64,000 nt of DNA from an uncultured Armatimonadetes bacterium (GCA_963716175.1 OY970296.1:4192001-4256000); one strand, 5' to 3'. Shown: positions 15,815 through 28,574, counted from the first letter of the stretch. Program-made: numbers and translations. Notes: generated by a model not told the origin, from the sequence alone.

Positions 15815-17425
15815 ATGAGCGAGCACGATGCAGAGAGGACTCCCCGACACGGCCTGGAGCACCATGGATTCAGGAACATCGGCACCGTGTACTGGACTCT
15901 CACCACGCCCGCGCTCTACGAGCGGGTGATGCGAAGGCGGGAGGGGCTGATCGCGCACCTGGGGCCGATCGTGGTGCGCACGGGCGATCACACGGGGCGA
16001 TCGCCCAATGACAAGTTCATCGTGCACGAGCCATCATCGGCCGAGCATATCTGGTGGGGGCCGGTGAACCGCCCCTTCGCGGAGGACCACTTCAACAATC
16101 TCTACCACCGGCTGCTGGCCTACATCCAGGGCAAGGAGATCTTCGTCCAGGACTGCCAGGTCAGCGCTCACCCCGACTACAAGCTCCCGATTCGCGTGAT
16201 CACCGAGCACGCCTGGCAGAGCTTGTTCGCCCGCAACATGTTCATCCAGATCAGGGACCCGGACCAGCTCTGGAACCAGGTGCCGGAGTTCCGGGTGCTG
16301 TGCTTCCCCGGCTTCCACGCCATCCCGGAGGTGGACAACACCAACTCGGAGACCTTCATCATCGTCAACTTCGCGCAGAAGACGGTGATCATCGGGGGCA
16401 CCAGCTACGGGGGCGAGATCAAGAAGTCGGTGTTCACCATTCTCAACTACCTGCTGCCGCAGAACGCAGTATTGAGCATGCACTGCTCGGCCAATGTGGG
16501 ACCAGAGGGCGATGTGGCGATCTTCTTCGGGCTCTCGGGGACGGGGAAAACCAGCCTCTCGGCCGACCCCGAGCGGATGCTGATCGGGGACGACGAGCAC
16601 GGATGGTGCGATGACGGGATCTTCAACTTCGAGGGCGGATGCTACGCCAAGGTGATCCGCCTCTCGCCGGAGTCGGAACCAGATATCTACGAATGCACCC
16701 GCCGCTTCGGGACGGTGCTGGAGAACGTGGCGATTGACTCGGACACGCGGCGCTTGGATCTGGACGACGACTCGCTGACGGAGAACACGCGGGCCTGCTA
16801 TCCGCTCACTCACCTCGCCAATGTGGTGCGGAGCGGGAGGGGCGAGCACCCGAAGAACGTGGTCCTGCTCACCTGCGACGCTTTCGGCATCATGCCGCCG
16901 ATCGCGCGGCTCACCCCGGCACAGGCGATGTATCACTTCCTGTCCGGGTACACGGCCCGGGTGGCGGGCACGGAGCGGGGGATCAACGAGCCCAGAACGA
17001 CCTTCAGCGCCTGCTTTGGTTCGCCTTTCATGGCGCTGGCGCCGACGGTCTACACCAATATGTTCGGGGAGCGCATCCGCAAGCACGACGCCAGGTGCTG
17101 GCTGATCAACACCGGCTGGGTCGCCGGCCCCTATGGCGTGGGGCACCGGATAGACATCAAATCCACCCGCGCCATCATCCACGCCGCGCTCTCGGGTAAG
17201 CTGGACGAGGTGCCGGGCCGCCGGGACCCGCACTTCGGCCTGGATGTGCCTGTGACCTGCCCCGGGATAGATGCCAAGCTGCTGTCGCCGCGAGAGATGT
17301 GGAAAGACCCCAGCGGGTACGACCAGGCGGCGGCACGGCTGGCGGCGGCGTTCCGGGACAACCAGCGGGAGTTCGACGGGGGGATGTCGGAGGAGGTCAA
17401 GGCCGGCGCGCCGGGGGTGGGCTAG
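15815..17425 (+). CDS. pckA: phosphoenolpyruvate carboxykinase (ATP)
   Basis: TGRSPNDKF, YGGEIKKS, MHCSAN, FFGLSGTGKT, LIGDDEHGW and NFEGGCYAK motifs. Confidence 0.98.
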   Translation: MSEHDAERTPRHGLEHHGFRNIGTVYWTLTTPALYERVMRRREGLIAHLGPIVVRTGDHTGRSPNDKFIVHEPSSAEHIWWGPVNRPFAEDHFNNLYHRLLAYIQGKEIFVQDCQVSAHPDYKLPIRVITEHAWQSLFARNMFIQIRDPDQLWNQVPEFRVLCFPGFHAIPEVDNTNSETFIIVNFAQKTVIIGGTSYGGEIKKSVFTILNYLLPQNAVLSMHCSANVGPEGDVAIFFGLSGTGKTSLSADPERMLIGDDEHGWCDDGIFNFEGGCYAKVIRLSPESEPDIYECTRRFGTVLENVAIDSDTRRLDLDDDSLTENTRACYPLTHLANVVRSGRGEHPKNVVLLTCDAFGIMPPIARLTPAQAMYHFLSGYTARVAGTERGINEPRTTFSACFGSPFMALAPTVYTNMFGERIRKHDARCWLINTGWVAGPYGVGHRIDIKSTRAIIHAALSGKLDEVPGRRDPHFGLDVPVTCPGIDAKLLSPREMWKDPSGYDQAAARLAAAFRDNQREFDGGMSEEVKAGAPGVG

Positions 17426-17528
17426 GCGCACGCTGGGCGTTTAACGAATCGCCCTTCGTCATTCACAGTTTCGTCACCCGCCTCTGCTAGGGTTTGAGCG
17501 GACCCGGCTGAGGGGAGTGGAGGCGGCA

Positions 17529-18341
17529 GTGACGAGGCGTCGCAGGCGGGAGGTAAGGTGGTTGCTGGGCCTGGCTGTGCTGATGGCCGGCCTGGTGGTG
17601 CTGCTGGCGAACCTGCCGGCGAAGGCGGCGCCGGAGAAGACGACGCTGGTGCTGTTTGTGGGCTCGGCCACCAAGCCGCCCATGCTGGAGGCGAAATCCC
17701 TGTTCGAGAAGTCCCACCCCGACATTGCCCTGGAGATGACGTTCGGCGGGTCGGGCACGTTACTGAACCAGATGGTGCTGGAGAAGACCGGCGACATCTA
17801 CGTGCCCGGTTCCGACGACTACATGGACAAGGCGGAGAAGCAGAAGGCGGTCATCCCCGCGACGCGGAGAATCGTGGCCTACCTGGTGCCTGTGATGCTA
17901 GTGGCTCGCGGCAATCCCAAGCAGATCCGATCCCTCAAAGACCTGGCCCGGCCCAAAGTGAAGGTAGGCCTGGCGAGGGCCGGCGCGGTATGCCTGGGGG
18001 ATGTGGCCGACCAGGTGCTGAGAAGCGCCGGGATCGAGAGCCAGGTGAAGAAGAACGTGATCACCTATGCCGGGAGCTGCGAGCAGACCGAGCAGCTGAT
18101 CGAGCTGGGCGAGGTTGACGCCATCATCGGGTGGGACTCCTTCAAGGCCTGGGCGCCGACCAAGCTCGACGTCGTCCGCATCCCCGGCAAGTACCTGAGG
18201 GTGCGCAATGTCCCGGCGGCAGTGGCGGCGTACTCCAAGCACCGGGCGGAGGGGCAAGAGCTGATCAAGTTCCTGACCTCAAAGCAAGGGAAGGCGATCT
18301 TCGCCAAGCATGGCTACAGCGTCAATCCCCCCAGGATCTAG
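17529..18341 (+). CDS. modA: molybdate ABC transporter substrate-binding protein
   Basis: Signal peptide; FGGSGTLLNQ, DIY, GNPKQI.SLKDL motifs; upstream of modB. Confidence 0.85.
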   Translation: MTRRRRREVRWLLGLAVLMAGLVVLLANLPAKAAPEKTTLVLFVGSATKPPMLEAKSLFEKSHPDIALEMTFGGSGTLLNQMVLEKTGDIYVPGSDDYMDKAEKQKAVIPATRRIVAYLVPVMLVARGNPKQIRSLKDLARPKVKVGLARAGAVCLGDVADQVLRSAGIESQVKKNVITYAGSCEQTEQLIELGEVDAIIGWDSFKAWAPTKLDVVRIPGKYLRVRNVPAAVAAYSKHRAEGQELIKFLTSKQGKAIFAKHGYSVNPPRI

Positions 18342-19194
18342 CAGGCAGGCGGCGCGCGCGGAGAGCAGGGCCGGCGATCACCGGGTGCGGCCCGAGAGAC
18401 GCTCCAGCCTGGTCTACCTGGCGGCGCTGGCCTCGCTGCCGCTGCTCATCTACCTGCTGGCGCCCATCCTGGGCCTGATGGCTCGCATTACTCCTCGCTC
18501 CTACGGCTGCTGCTGGGAGGCGGCGAGCGCGCTTCGCCTGAGCTTGTTCACGGCCAGCATTTCGCTGGTGATCGCGATCCTGATCGGCACCCCGGTGGCC
18601 TACTGGCTGTCGCACTATCACTTCCGGGGCAAGGACGTGATAGACACGCTGATAGACTTGCCGTTGGTGCTTCCGCCGGTGGCCGCGGGCCTGGCCCTGC
18701 TCCTGCTCTATGGGCAGCAGGGCTTTGGGGCGCTGCTGGCCACCCATGACCTGCGGCTCAGCTTCACCCGTGCCGCGGTGGTGATGGCCCAGGTCTTCGT
18801 GGCTTCGCCCTTCTACGTGAAGCAAGCGCGCGCGGGGTTCGAGGCGGTCCCGCGGGAGCTGCGGCTGGCCTCGGCGACTCTGGGGGCGGGCCCGCTTCGC
18901 ACCTTCTTCCGGGTCACCGTCCCGCTGGCCGGCCACGCCCTGATCGCGGGCGCGGTGATGACGTGGGCGCGGGCGCTAGGGGAGTTCGGGGCTACTCTGA
19001 TGTTCGCCGGCGCTTTTCCGGGACGCACGGAAACCATGCCCGTCGCCATCTATACCCCGGCTTCGGCGGGCACGGAGGAGGGGCTGCGCACCTCCATCGC
19101 GCTGGCGGTGGTGCTGGTGGTGGTGTCCTTCGCGGTGATCGTCCTCGCCAGGCGACTGGCCGGCCGCACGCTCTATCTGACGCCTACCGCGTAG
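18310..19194 (+). CDS. modB: molybdate ABC transporter permease
   Basis: DLPLVLPPVAAG, A.TLGA and WARALGEFGAT motifs; true start may be downstream (about 18385). Confidence 0.9.
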   Translation: MATASIPPGSSRQAARAESRAGDHRVRPERRSSLVYLAALASLPLLIYLLAPILGLMARITPRSYGCCWEAASALRLSLFTASISLVIAILIGTPVAYWLSHYHFRGKDVIDTLIDLPLVLPPVAAGLALLLLYGQQGFGALLATHDLRLSFTRAAVVMAQVFVASPFYVKQARAGFEAVPRELRLASATLGAGPLRTFFRVTVPLAGHALIAGAVMTWARALGEFGATLMFAGAFPGRTETMPVAIYTPASAGTEEGLRTSIALAVVLVVVSFAVIVLARRLAGRTLYLTPTA

Positions 19195-19245
19195 CCGCAG
19201 AACGAGATGCGGCGGGCATGCCTGCAGCATACCCGCCCTACAGAG

Positions 19246-20208
19246 CTATCGCGCGGGCGGGATGATCTCTGCGCCTCTCACCCCTACGTCCAGACGGTGG
19301 ATGCTGTGCTGGCCGGCCACCGTGACGTAGAGGCTGGTCCCCCACCAGCAGAGGTTAGTGACCTGGTCGCCACCAGCCGGGTAGCTCTGCAGCAGCTTGC
19401 CGTTCTCGACATCCACGACGTCCACCGTCTTGCTGGTCCAGCGGGCGATCCACAGGCGCCCGAACTCGTCGAACATGATGCCGTCGAGGGTCTCGGTGGG
19501 GAGCTCGATGATGGTGCGCTTATCCGCCAGGCTGCCGTCCGGCTTCAGATCCCAGCACAGCAGGCGATTGGTGTCGGACTCAGCAACGTAGAGCCGATGC
19601 TGATCCGGTGAGACCGCGAGGCCATTGGGGAAGGCCAGGCCCTCGGCGATGCGAGTCACGGTGGCCACCGAGCTATCAGCGGCGACGGTGATGCGGTAGA
19701 CGCACCCGATGGGGTTCTCTTTGCTGGACTCCTCCGGATCGGTGAAGTAGATGTTGCCGGCGAGATCCAGGCAGACATCGTTGGGGCCGCGGTAGGGCTG
19801 GCCGCCGCAGTCCTTGGTGAGCACTTCGATCCGGCGGGTGATGGGATGAACGCGCAGGATGCGCTTGCCGCCGTAGTCGGCGACGACGATGTTTCCCTGG
19901 CCGTCCACCTTGAGGCCGTTGGCCTGGCCGCCGGTGTGGACCCAGACGCTGACGGTGCCATCCGGGGTGCGCCGGCCCAGGGTCCCGAGCGCGTGGTAGT
20001 TCACGAAGTAGAGGTTGCCGGCGCGATCGAAGATGGGACCTTCGGCGAAGGCAATGTCGGCGACGACAGGGTAGGGCTCGACTTTGTCCGGAAGGGGTGG
20101 GGCCTGGGCGGCGCAGGCGAGGGCGCAGAGGAAGATGCCGAAGAGAGCAAAGACAGCACAAGGTGGCACCGGCTCGAACATCAGACTGACCTCCTGGAGA
20201 GTTGGCAC
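19246..20208 (-). CDS. SMP-30/gluconolactonase family protein, probably exported
   Basis: FAEGP, ANGL, PND, FPNGLAVSPD, DG..FD..GRLW, TNLC motifs; hydrophobic N-terminus. Confidence 0.88.
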   Translation of the reverse strand: MPTLQEVSLMFEPVPPCAVFALFGIFLCALACAAQAPPLPDKVEPYPVVADIAFAEGPIFDRAGNLYFVNYHALGTLGRRTPDGTVSVWVHTGGQANGLKVDGQGNIVVADYGGKRILRVHPITRRIEVLTKDCGGQPYRGPNDVCLDLAGNIYFTDPEESSKENPIGCVYRITVAADSSVATVTRIAEGLAFPNGLAVSPDQHRLYVAESDTNRLLCWDLKPDGSLADKRTIIELPTETLDGIMFDEFGRLWIARWTSKTVDVVDVENGKLLQSYPAGGDQVTNLCWWGTSLYVTVAGQHSIHRLDVGVRGAEIIPPAR

Positions 20209-20279
20209 CAGCTTAGGCGGCGAGGGGGGTGAGTCCTGCGGGCCTTACGCGGGTTGTCGCTCGCTGTGCTCACGACAAA

Positions 20280-20350
20280 GCCGTCTGGCGCGGTCAGGGG
20301 ACCGCGCCCTACAGGCCGTCTGGCGCGGTCAGGGGACCGCGCCCTACAGG
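20280..20350. repeat. Perfect 35-bp tandem duplication of a GTAG-REP
   Basis: GCCGTCTGGCGCGGTCAGGGGACCGCGCCCTACAG x2. Confidence 0.85.
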
Positions 20351-20418
20351 TACTCTCCGGCAGGTCGCGCTGGCCGCGGCGCCGAAGACGCGGGGCACCA
20401 ATTCGGGAGGCGACCGCG

Positions 20419-21129
20419 ATGCCGCGAACAGTGCGCTATGAAGAGATGCTGCCGCATGAGTTTGAGGAGGCCTTGCGCGAGTTTCCGGTGGCCTATGCGC
20501 CCTTCGGCTCGCTGGAGTGGCATGGGGTACATCTCGCCCTGGGCAATGATACGCTGAAGGCGCACGGGATCTTGATGCGAGTGGCGGAGAAGTACGGCGG
20601 GGTGGTGGTCCCTCACACCTACTGGGGACACATGGGCCACTGGCGGCCTGGCTGTCATCCGGGCCTGCGGCCGGAGGTGACCGACGAGCTGTTCATTGAC
20701 ATCTTCAAGGGCCTGGTGGAGGTTGGGTTCAGAGTCGTCATCGCCGTGACGGGGCATGATGTGGATGAGCAGGTGGCGTCACTGAACAAGGCGGCGGAGG
20801 CGATCTCGGCCGAGGGCAAGGCGGCGGGACACGCGATGATGGAGGCCGACCTGAACGAGGGCGACCCCGAGGTGGGGATGGACCACGCTTCCCACTGGGA
20901 GACATCTTATCTCATGTCCATCCGGCCGGAGCTGGTGGACATGAGAAAGCTGGCCGCGGTGATGACCCCCGAAGATGAGGTGGACTGGGAGAAGCACGGC
21001 ATGGGTGGACGCAACCCGCTCAAATACGCCTCCCGGGAGCTGGGGGAACGGGCGATCAACAAGATGGTGGATGCGATTGGAAGGAAGGCGCAGGAGCTGC
21101 TAGCACGGGTGGCGGGGAAGATAGGCTAG
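20419..21129 (+). CDS. creatininase family protein
   Basis: PFGSLEWHGVHLALGND, TGH and DHASHWETS motifs; GGAGG SD. Confidence 0.88.
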   Translation: MPRTVRYEEMLPHEFEEALREFPVAYAPFGSLEWHGVHLALGNDTLKAHGILMRVAEKYGGVVVPHTYWGHMGHWRPGCHPGLRPEVTDELFIDIFKGLVEVGFRVVIAVTGHDVDEQVASLNKAAEAISAEGKAAGHAMMEADLNEGDPEVGMDHASHWETSYLMSIRPELVDMRKLAAVMTPEDEVDWEKHGMGGRNPLKYASRELGERAINKMVDAIGRKAQELLARVAGKIG

Positions 21130-21269
21130 GAAGAGCGGCGGGCATGCCCCTCCGCCAGGGCTTCGGGGGATACCCGCCCTACAGGCCTTCCAGGGTGGTT
21201 TGGGTGGGTCTGGGCCGGGTAGGATGAAGCGGGACCGGCCGTGGGCTAGAAGAAATGCTGAACAGGTTC

Positions 21270-21297
21270 TTGACACGGCCTGGCGAGATGGTATAAT
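21270..21297 (+). promoter_or_regulatory. rRNA promoter driving the 23S-5S operon
   Basis: Perfect TTGACA-16 nt-TATAAT with extended TG; boxA-like GAACATTGAAAAG at about 21508-21520. Confidence 0.85.
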
Positions 21298-21425
21298 GAA
21301 GTTTGCCCGGAAAAGGGCTACTGCCGGAGGACCCAACACGGTCGTCTACAGCGATAGTTGATCGGGTGCAGAGTTTGGGTAGGAGCTGACCGCAGAGGTG
21401 GCTCGTCCCCTCTGCGGTTTCGTTT

Positions 21426-21670
21426 GCTACTCTGCGAAGTAGCGACCGAGTCGGGGCTAGCGGAGCGAGAAGAAGGGCTTCGCTAGGTAGCACGAGTCCG
21501 GCAGGCAGAACATTGAAAAGTGCATAGTCGTGAGAATCAGCAGGAGGGCCGGAAGGCTCTCCGGGCTGAGATGACGTCGCCGAACTCTCTTTGCCTCGAC
21601 CGGATGCTACTCTGCGAAGTAGCGGCCAGCTCAACGCAGTTGCGAGCTGGGCTTCGCTACGTAGCACGAG
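21426..21670 (+). repeat. Two copies of bipartite repeat GCTACTCTGCGAAGTAGC-(variable)-CTTCGCTACGTAGCACGAG
   Basis: Copies at 21426-21496 and 21606-21670; reverse copies at 34867-34911 and 61371-61406. Confidence 0.85.
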
Positions 21671-21686
21671 CCTGTTGTCCGGAAGG

Positions 21687-24794
<3,108 letters not shown>

Positions 24795-24900
24795 CCTTCC
24801 TGAGAGCAGGCCAGGCGGGGCAGGGAGTTTGGTGGCGCCATCACTCACGGCTATGAAGGGCGGTGCGTCTGCAGCGCACTGCCCGGCGAATTGGTCTTGC

Positions 24901-25018
24901 TTCCGGTGGCCAGAGCGGAGGGGAAACGCCTCTTCCCATTCCGAACAGAGCAGCTAAGCCCTCCAGCGCCGATGGTACTGCAGGGGCAACCTTGTGGGAG
25001 AGTAGGACGTTGCCGGGA
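24901..25018 (+). rRNA. rrf: 5S ribosomal RNA
   Basis: CCCATTCCGAAC, GCGCCGATGGTACT and GGGAGAGTAGG motifs; terminal stem TTCCGGTGGC/GTTGCCGGGA. Confidence 0.95.
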
Positions 25019-25096
25019 GCTAGAGACGAAGTCCACGCCCTCGACCAAGGGCGTGGACTTCGTTCCTTGTGGGAGAGTAGGACGTTGCCGGGAGCT
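24990..25096 (+). repeat. 32-bp direct duplication of the 5S 3' end separated by a perfect 16-bp inverted repeat
   Basis: CCTTGTGGGAGAGTAGGACGTTGCCGGGAGCT at 24990-25021 and 25065-25096; hairpin arms 25026-25041 and 25048-25063. Confidence 0.9.
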
Positions 25097-25104
25097 TATG
25101 TCCA

Positions 25105-25143
25105 GGACCCGTATCTGAGAAGGTGCGGGTCCCTGCGCTTTCT
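25105..25143 (+). terminator. probable rRNA operon terminator
   Basis: GGACCCGTATCT-GAGA-AGGTGCGGGTCC hairpin followed by a weak pyrimidine tract. Confidence 0.45.
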
Positions 25144-25182
25144 CAGGGGTCTTCGTGTATAATGGGGGCCAGGAGAGACTAC

Positions 25183-25413
25183 ATGGAGACGCGGCACTAT
25201 AACTACACCGTGATCCTCGAGCCCGAAGAGGGCGGCGGCTACCACGCCTTCTGCCCTTCGCTCAAAGGGCTTCACACCTACGGTGACACGCTCGAACACG
25301 CGATCGCCAACGCGCGGGAGGCGGTCGAGGTCTATCTCGAAAGCCTGAAGGCGCATGGCGAGCCGCTGCCGGTCGAGGACTTGGTGATCAAACCCATTGA
25401 GGTGGCGGCTTGA
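25183..25413 (+). CDS. hicB: HicB family antitoxin (short form)
   Basis: YTVILEPEEGGGYHAFCPSLKGLHTYGDTLEHAIANAREAV; AGGAG SD; TATAAT at 25158-25163. Confidence 0.9.
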   Translation: METRHYNYTVILEPEEGGGYHAFCPSLKGLHTYGDTLEHAIANAREAVEVYLESLKAHGEPLPVEDLVIKPIEVAA

Positions 25414-25492
25414 GCCAGAAGCTGCCCGTCGTTCAGTCGAAGGACCTCGTGCGCGTAGCCCAGAAGTGGATGAATTCCGAGCACTGCTGTGA
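25410..25492 (+). pseudogene. hicA: HicA toxin remnant with internal deletion
   Basis: TTG start overlapping the hicB stop; MSQKLPVVQSKDLVRVAQK joined out of frame to VDEFRALL-stop; central GSH region missing. Confidence 0.75.
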
Positions 25493-25544
25493 CCGCGATC
25501 TTGGCGATGGTGCTGCCGGGAGCTAAGAGTGAGGGCCCGCTGAA

Positions 25545-25632
25545 AGGCGGGCTTCGCGCGTCTAGGGAAGTGGACAATCCGCAGATTGCGCAGATTCACG
25601 CAGACGAGGGCAGGAGACGCGCTCCTGCCCTA
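25545..25632 (+). repeat. 88-bp direct repeat, copy 1 (copy 2 at 26204-26291)
   Basis: AGGCGGGCTTCGCGCGTC...GGACAATCCGCAGATTGCGCAGATTCACGCAGACG.GGGCAGGAGAC.CGCTCCT.CCCTA; 6 mismatches between copies. Confidence 0.9.
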
Positions 25633-25686
25633 GGAATCCCACCGAGAGCAAACCGTCTGTAGGGGCGACCCTCTGCGGTCGCCCGC

Positions 25687-26205
25687 GTGGAGGGATACGT
25701 GGCAACAACCGACTGGATCGCGGCCGCGAAGCGGCTGGGCGCGGCGGAGGCGAAGATGATCGCTCCGGTGACGGTGGTGACCGCGCCCTGGGTGCGGCTG
25801 AAGTGCCAGTACGGCTGCGGTGGGTGGGGGCAGCGGCTCACTTGCCCGCCCTACTCCCCTACCCCAGAGCAGACCCGCAACGTGCTCAACTGCTACACCA
25901 CCGCCATCCTGGTGCACGTGCCCGGTGAAGGCAACTGGCGGTCCATCAAGCAGATCGTCGCCGACCTGGAGCGGGAAGTGTTCCTGGCGGGTAACTACAA
26001 GGCCTTCGCCTTCGGCTCCGGGCCGTGCGACCTGTGCGATGAGTGCAACCTGGAGGACTGCGAGCACCCGCACCAGGCGCGACCGGCGATGGAGGCGGCG
26101 GGCATAGATGTCTTCGCCACGGCCCGCGGCAACGGTTATCCCATTGACGTGGTCAAGGATCATAGCTGCCCGCAGAACTACTATGGGTTGGTGTTGGTGG
26201 AGTAG
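25687..26205 (+). CDS. DUF2284 family Cys-rich putative metal-binding protein
   Basis: VRLKCQYGC, TCPP, GPCDLCDEC, ARPAMEAAGIDVFATA motifs. Confidence 0.88.
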   Translation: MEGYVATTDWIAAAKRLGAAEAKMIAPVTVVTAPWVRLKCQYGCGGWGQRLTCPPYSPTPEQTRNVLNCYTTAILVHVPGEGNWRSIKQIVADLEREVFLAGNYKAFAFGSGPCDLCDECNLEDCEHPHQARPAMEAAGIDVFATARGNGYPIDVVKDHSCPQNYYGLVLVE

Positions 26206-26560
26206 GCGGGCTTCGCGCGTCAACGGAAGAGGACAATCCGCAGATTGCGCAGATTCACGCAGACGGGGGCAGGAGACACGCTCCTACCCTACGCATCACC
26301 CCCCGCCGTTGGCGCGTTCGGCCAACCCGTAGGAGGCGCATTCCTGCGCCGATTCGGATGGCGCTCCTACGGGTAGAAGGTCGTTCGTAGGGGCGGCGCT
26401 CTGCCGCCGCCCGATTCCGCGGCGGGAGCCCGCAGAGGGGCTCCCCTACCAGCGGTGCTCTCTGCGCTACGGCAACGGCCGGCGGGCATGCCCTTCGACT
26501 CCGCTCAGGGCGAACTCCGACATGCCCGCGCTACCCCACTTCGCTGAAGCTTCGTGGGGC
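26204..26560. repeat. 88-bp repeat copy 2 followed by a dense REP-like palindrome cluster
   Basis: Several GTAG/CTAC-bounded hairpins at 26329-26534, nested CCCTTCGACTCCGCTCAGGG (26491-26510) and CCCACTTCGCTGAAGCTTCGTGGG. Confidence 0.75.
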
Positions 26561-26613
26561 TGGCAGGGGCAGGAGGAGGTCGCCGGAGGCAACCAGAGCC
26601 CCTGCCCAACACA

Positions 26614-28574
26614 CTAGAGTTTGACGCCGATGAGCATGAACAGCAGTCGCTGGAGGGTGAGCGAGGTGGCCTGTCCGGCGATCATGCCCAGGAACAGGGG
26701 CAGGGCAGCGCGATGGGCGCGCAGGCCGCCATAGCGCAGCAGCAGCGCTTTGATCAACCAGGTGACGAAAATCACCAGCGTCATGGACTGCACGGTGGCG
26801 GAGAGAGCAATGGGATAGGCCACCGGGTGCAGAGGCCACCAGTGGAATCTCAGCTTCAGCAGCATGAGCAGCGTGGTGAAGACCAGGCCGAATCCCATGG
26901 CGGTGGTCTTCGGCAAGCTCGGGTCGCCTGGATAGCGCAGGTACTCGGCGAGCTCCTCGCTCAGCCAGCGGGGCACAGCTAGCATCACTTGCGCGGTGTT
27001 GCCGGTGCCCAGTCCCAGGTGGTACCCCACGTGGATGCTGGCCCAGAAATAGGAGAGGATCGCCAGGGGCGCGGCGAACGCGAGGGCGAGGGCGATCCGG
27101 CGACGCTGCATCCGCCCACCCTCCGCCATCTTGAGCGCCTCCAGCTCGAGGGGAGTCGGATTGTTGCGCTGCTCGAGCAAGTACGGCTTCAGCAGCGCGA
27201 ACATCCCGAGCGACCTGGGCCCGAGCATGCGGGTGCCCACCAGATTCACCAGCATGAAGTTCGGCATCGCCAGCTCGATGGAATGGGTGGGCGCGCCGAG
27301 CTGCGCGCGGAGGCGCGAGAGCGCGAGCGAGAGGGCGAAGTAGAGCGTGAGGAAGCTGACCACGACCCACCCCGTCATCCCCCCCGCGCCAGGAATAGCC
27401 AGAGGTAGCCAATGCCAGCGAGCACGCCGAACACCGCCGTGCGGTAGCCGAAGGCCTCGCCCCGGTCGTCGCCGAGCCGAGACTTGAGCCCCAGCGCCTT
27501 CGCCAGCACCTCGCGGAAGTAGCGCCGGTCCAGCCAGAGGAAGGAGACCACGAGGGCGATGAACCCCCCAGCGGTCTGGTCCTGAGCATAGGGAAACCCG
27601 TTCCAGGCGCTGAGGCACCAGCCGAGCTGCCCGAAGATGAGGAACTCGGACAGCCACAAGATGTCGAAGAAGAAGAGCGAGAAGGCGAGGTCCAGGGGCA
27701 TCAGGTAGCAGATGCCAAGAAACCAGGGGTCCCAGGTGACGGCCTGGTAAGGGATCAGCTCCCAGGGGTGGCGGTTCACCACGTAGGCGCTGTAGTCGAA
27801 GCCAAGGGGCACCTCGGGCAGGCTGCGCACGATGCTGGCGAGTGTGTTCCAAATCCCCACACCCGCGGAGAAGGCGATCGCGGTCCACCACAGCTTGTTG
27901 CGCATCAGGCCGGAGCGTTCCTCCACCATCTCGACTGGCAGCAGGGTGAGGGGGAAGGGGAGCCGCTCCTCGTCCGACCAGCGTCGGCGCACGATGGAGT
28001 TGAGGCAGAGGCAGACCCACATCACCGCGCCCACGAAGGTCGCCCACCAGAAGGCGGGCACCGCCCAAGCGGCGATCACGCGCCAGCTATACGGGTCGGC
28101 GTAGCCGGCATAGAAGCCCTCGAGCACGCCCTGGTCCTGTACGGTGAGCCAGGCCGGGAGGTAGGGCCAGAGGAGCTGCCGCCATGCGTTCTCGTCAGTG
28201 GCGAACCAGAAGGGATAGGTGATGGTTCCCGCCAGCGCTCCACCCAGGTCCCACACGGAGCACACCAGGCCGGTGCCCATCCCGAGCATGAGGTAGATGG
28301 TCAGGATCTCGCCAGGCGCGAGGGTCCAGCGAGACCGGCGCCACTTGAGGAAGTGGTTGAGCAAGGCCAACAGGAAAAGCGCGGCGACGGTGTTGAAGAA
28401 CAGGGATTCGTCGCCCGTGAACCCACCCCACCGCCAGAGGCCGATGACGAGGAACAGCACGTTGACCGGGGTGAGCGCGAAACCCACGATCAGCGCACGC
28501 GCGGTCACGCCCCACCGCCGCCGGGACTGACGCGCTCCCGCCGTTGGGTTGGTGCTTCCGGCCTCCGCGAGCAT
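26614..28574 (-). CDS. DUF6785/DUF6784-type membrane protein, paralog 2 (frameshifted at C7 run 27379-27385)
   Basis: VTARALIVG, EERLPFPL, then WWPLHPVAY in the second frame; one extra G joins LARGG to MTGWVV. Confidence 0.8.

Noticed and set aside
20280-20350. 35-bp direct repeats as a CRISPR array
   Set aside because: Two adjacent copies with no spacer, REP-like sequence and no cas genes.
25545-26291. Integron cassette with attC sites
   Set aside because: Repeats lack RYYYAAC/GTTRRRY ends and no integron integrase is present.
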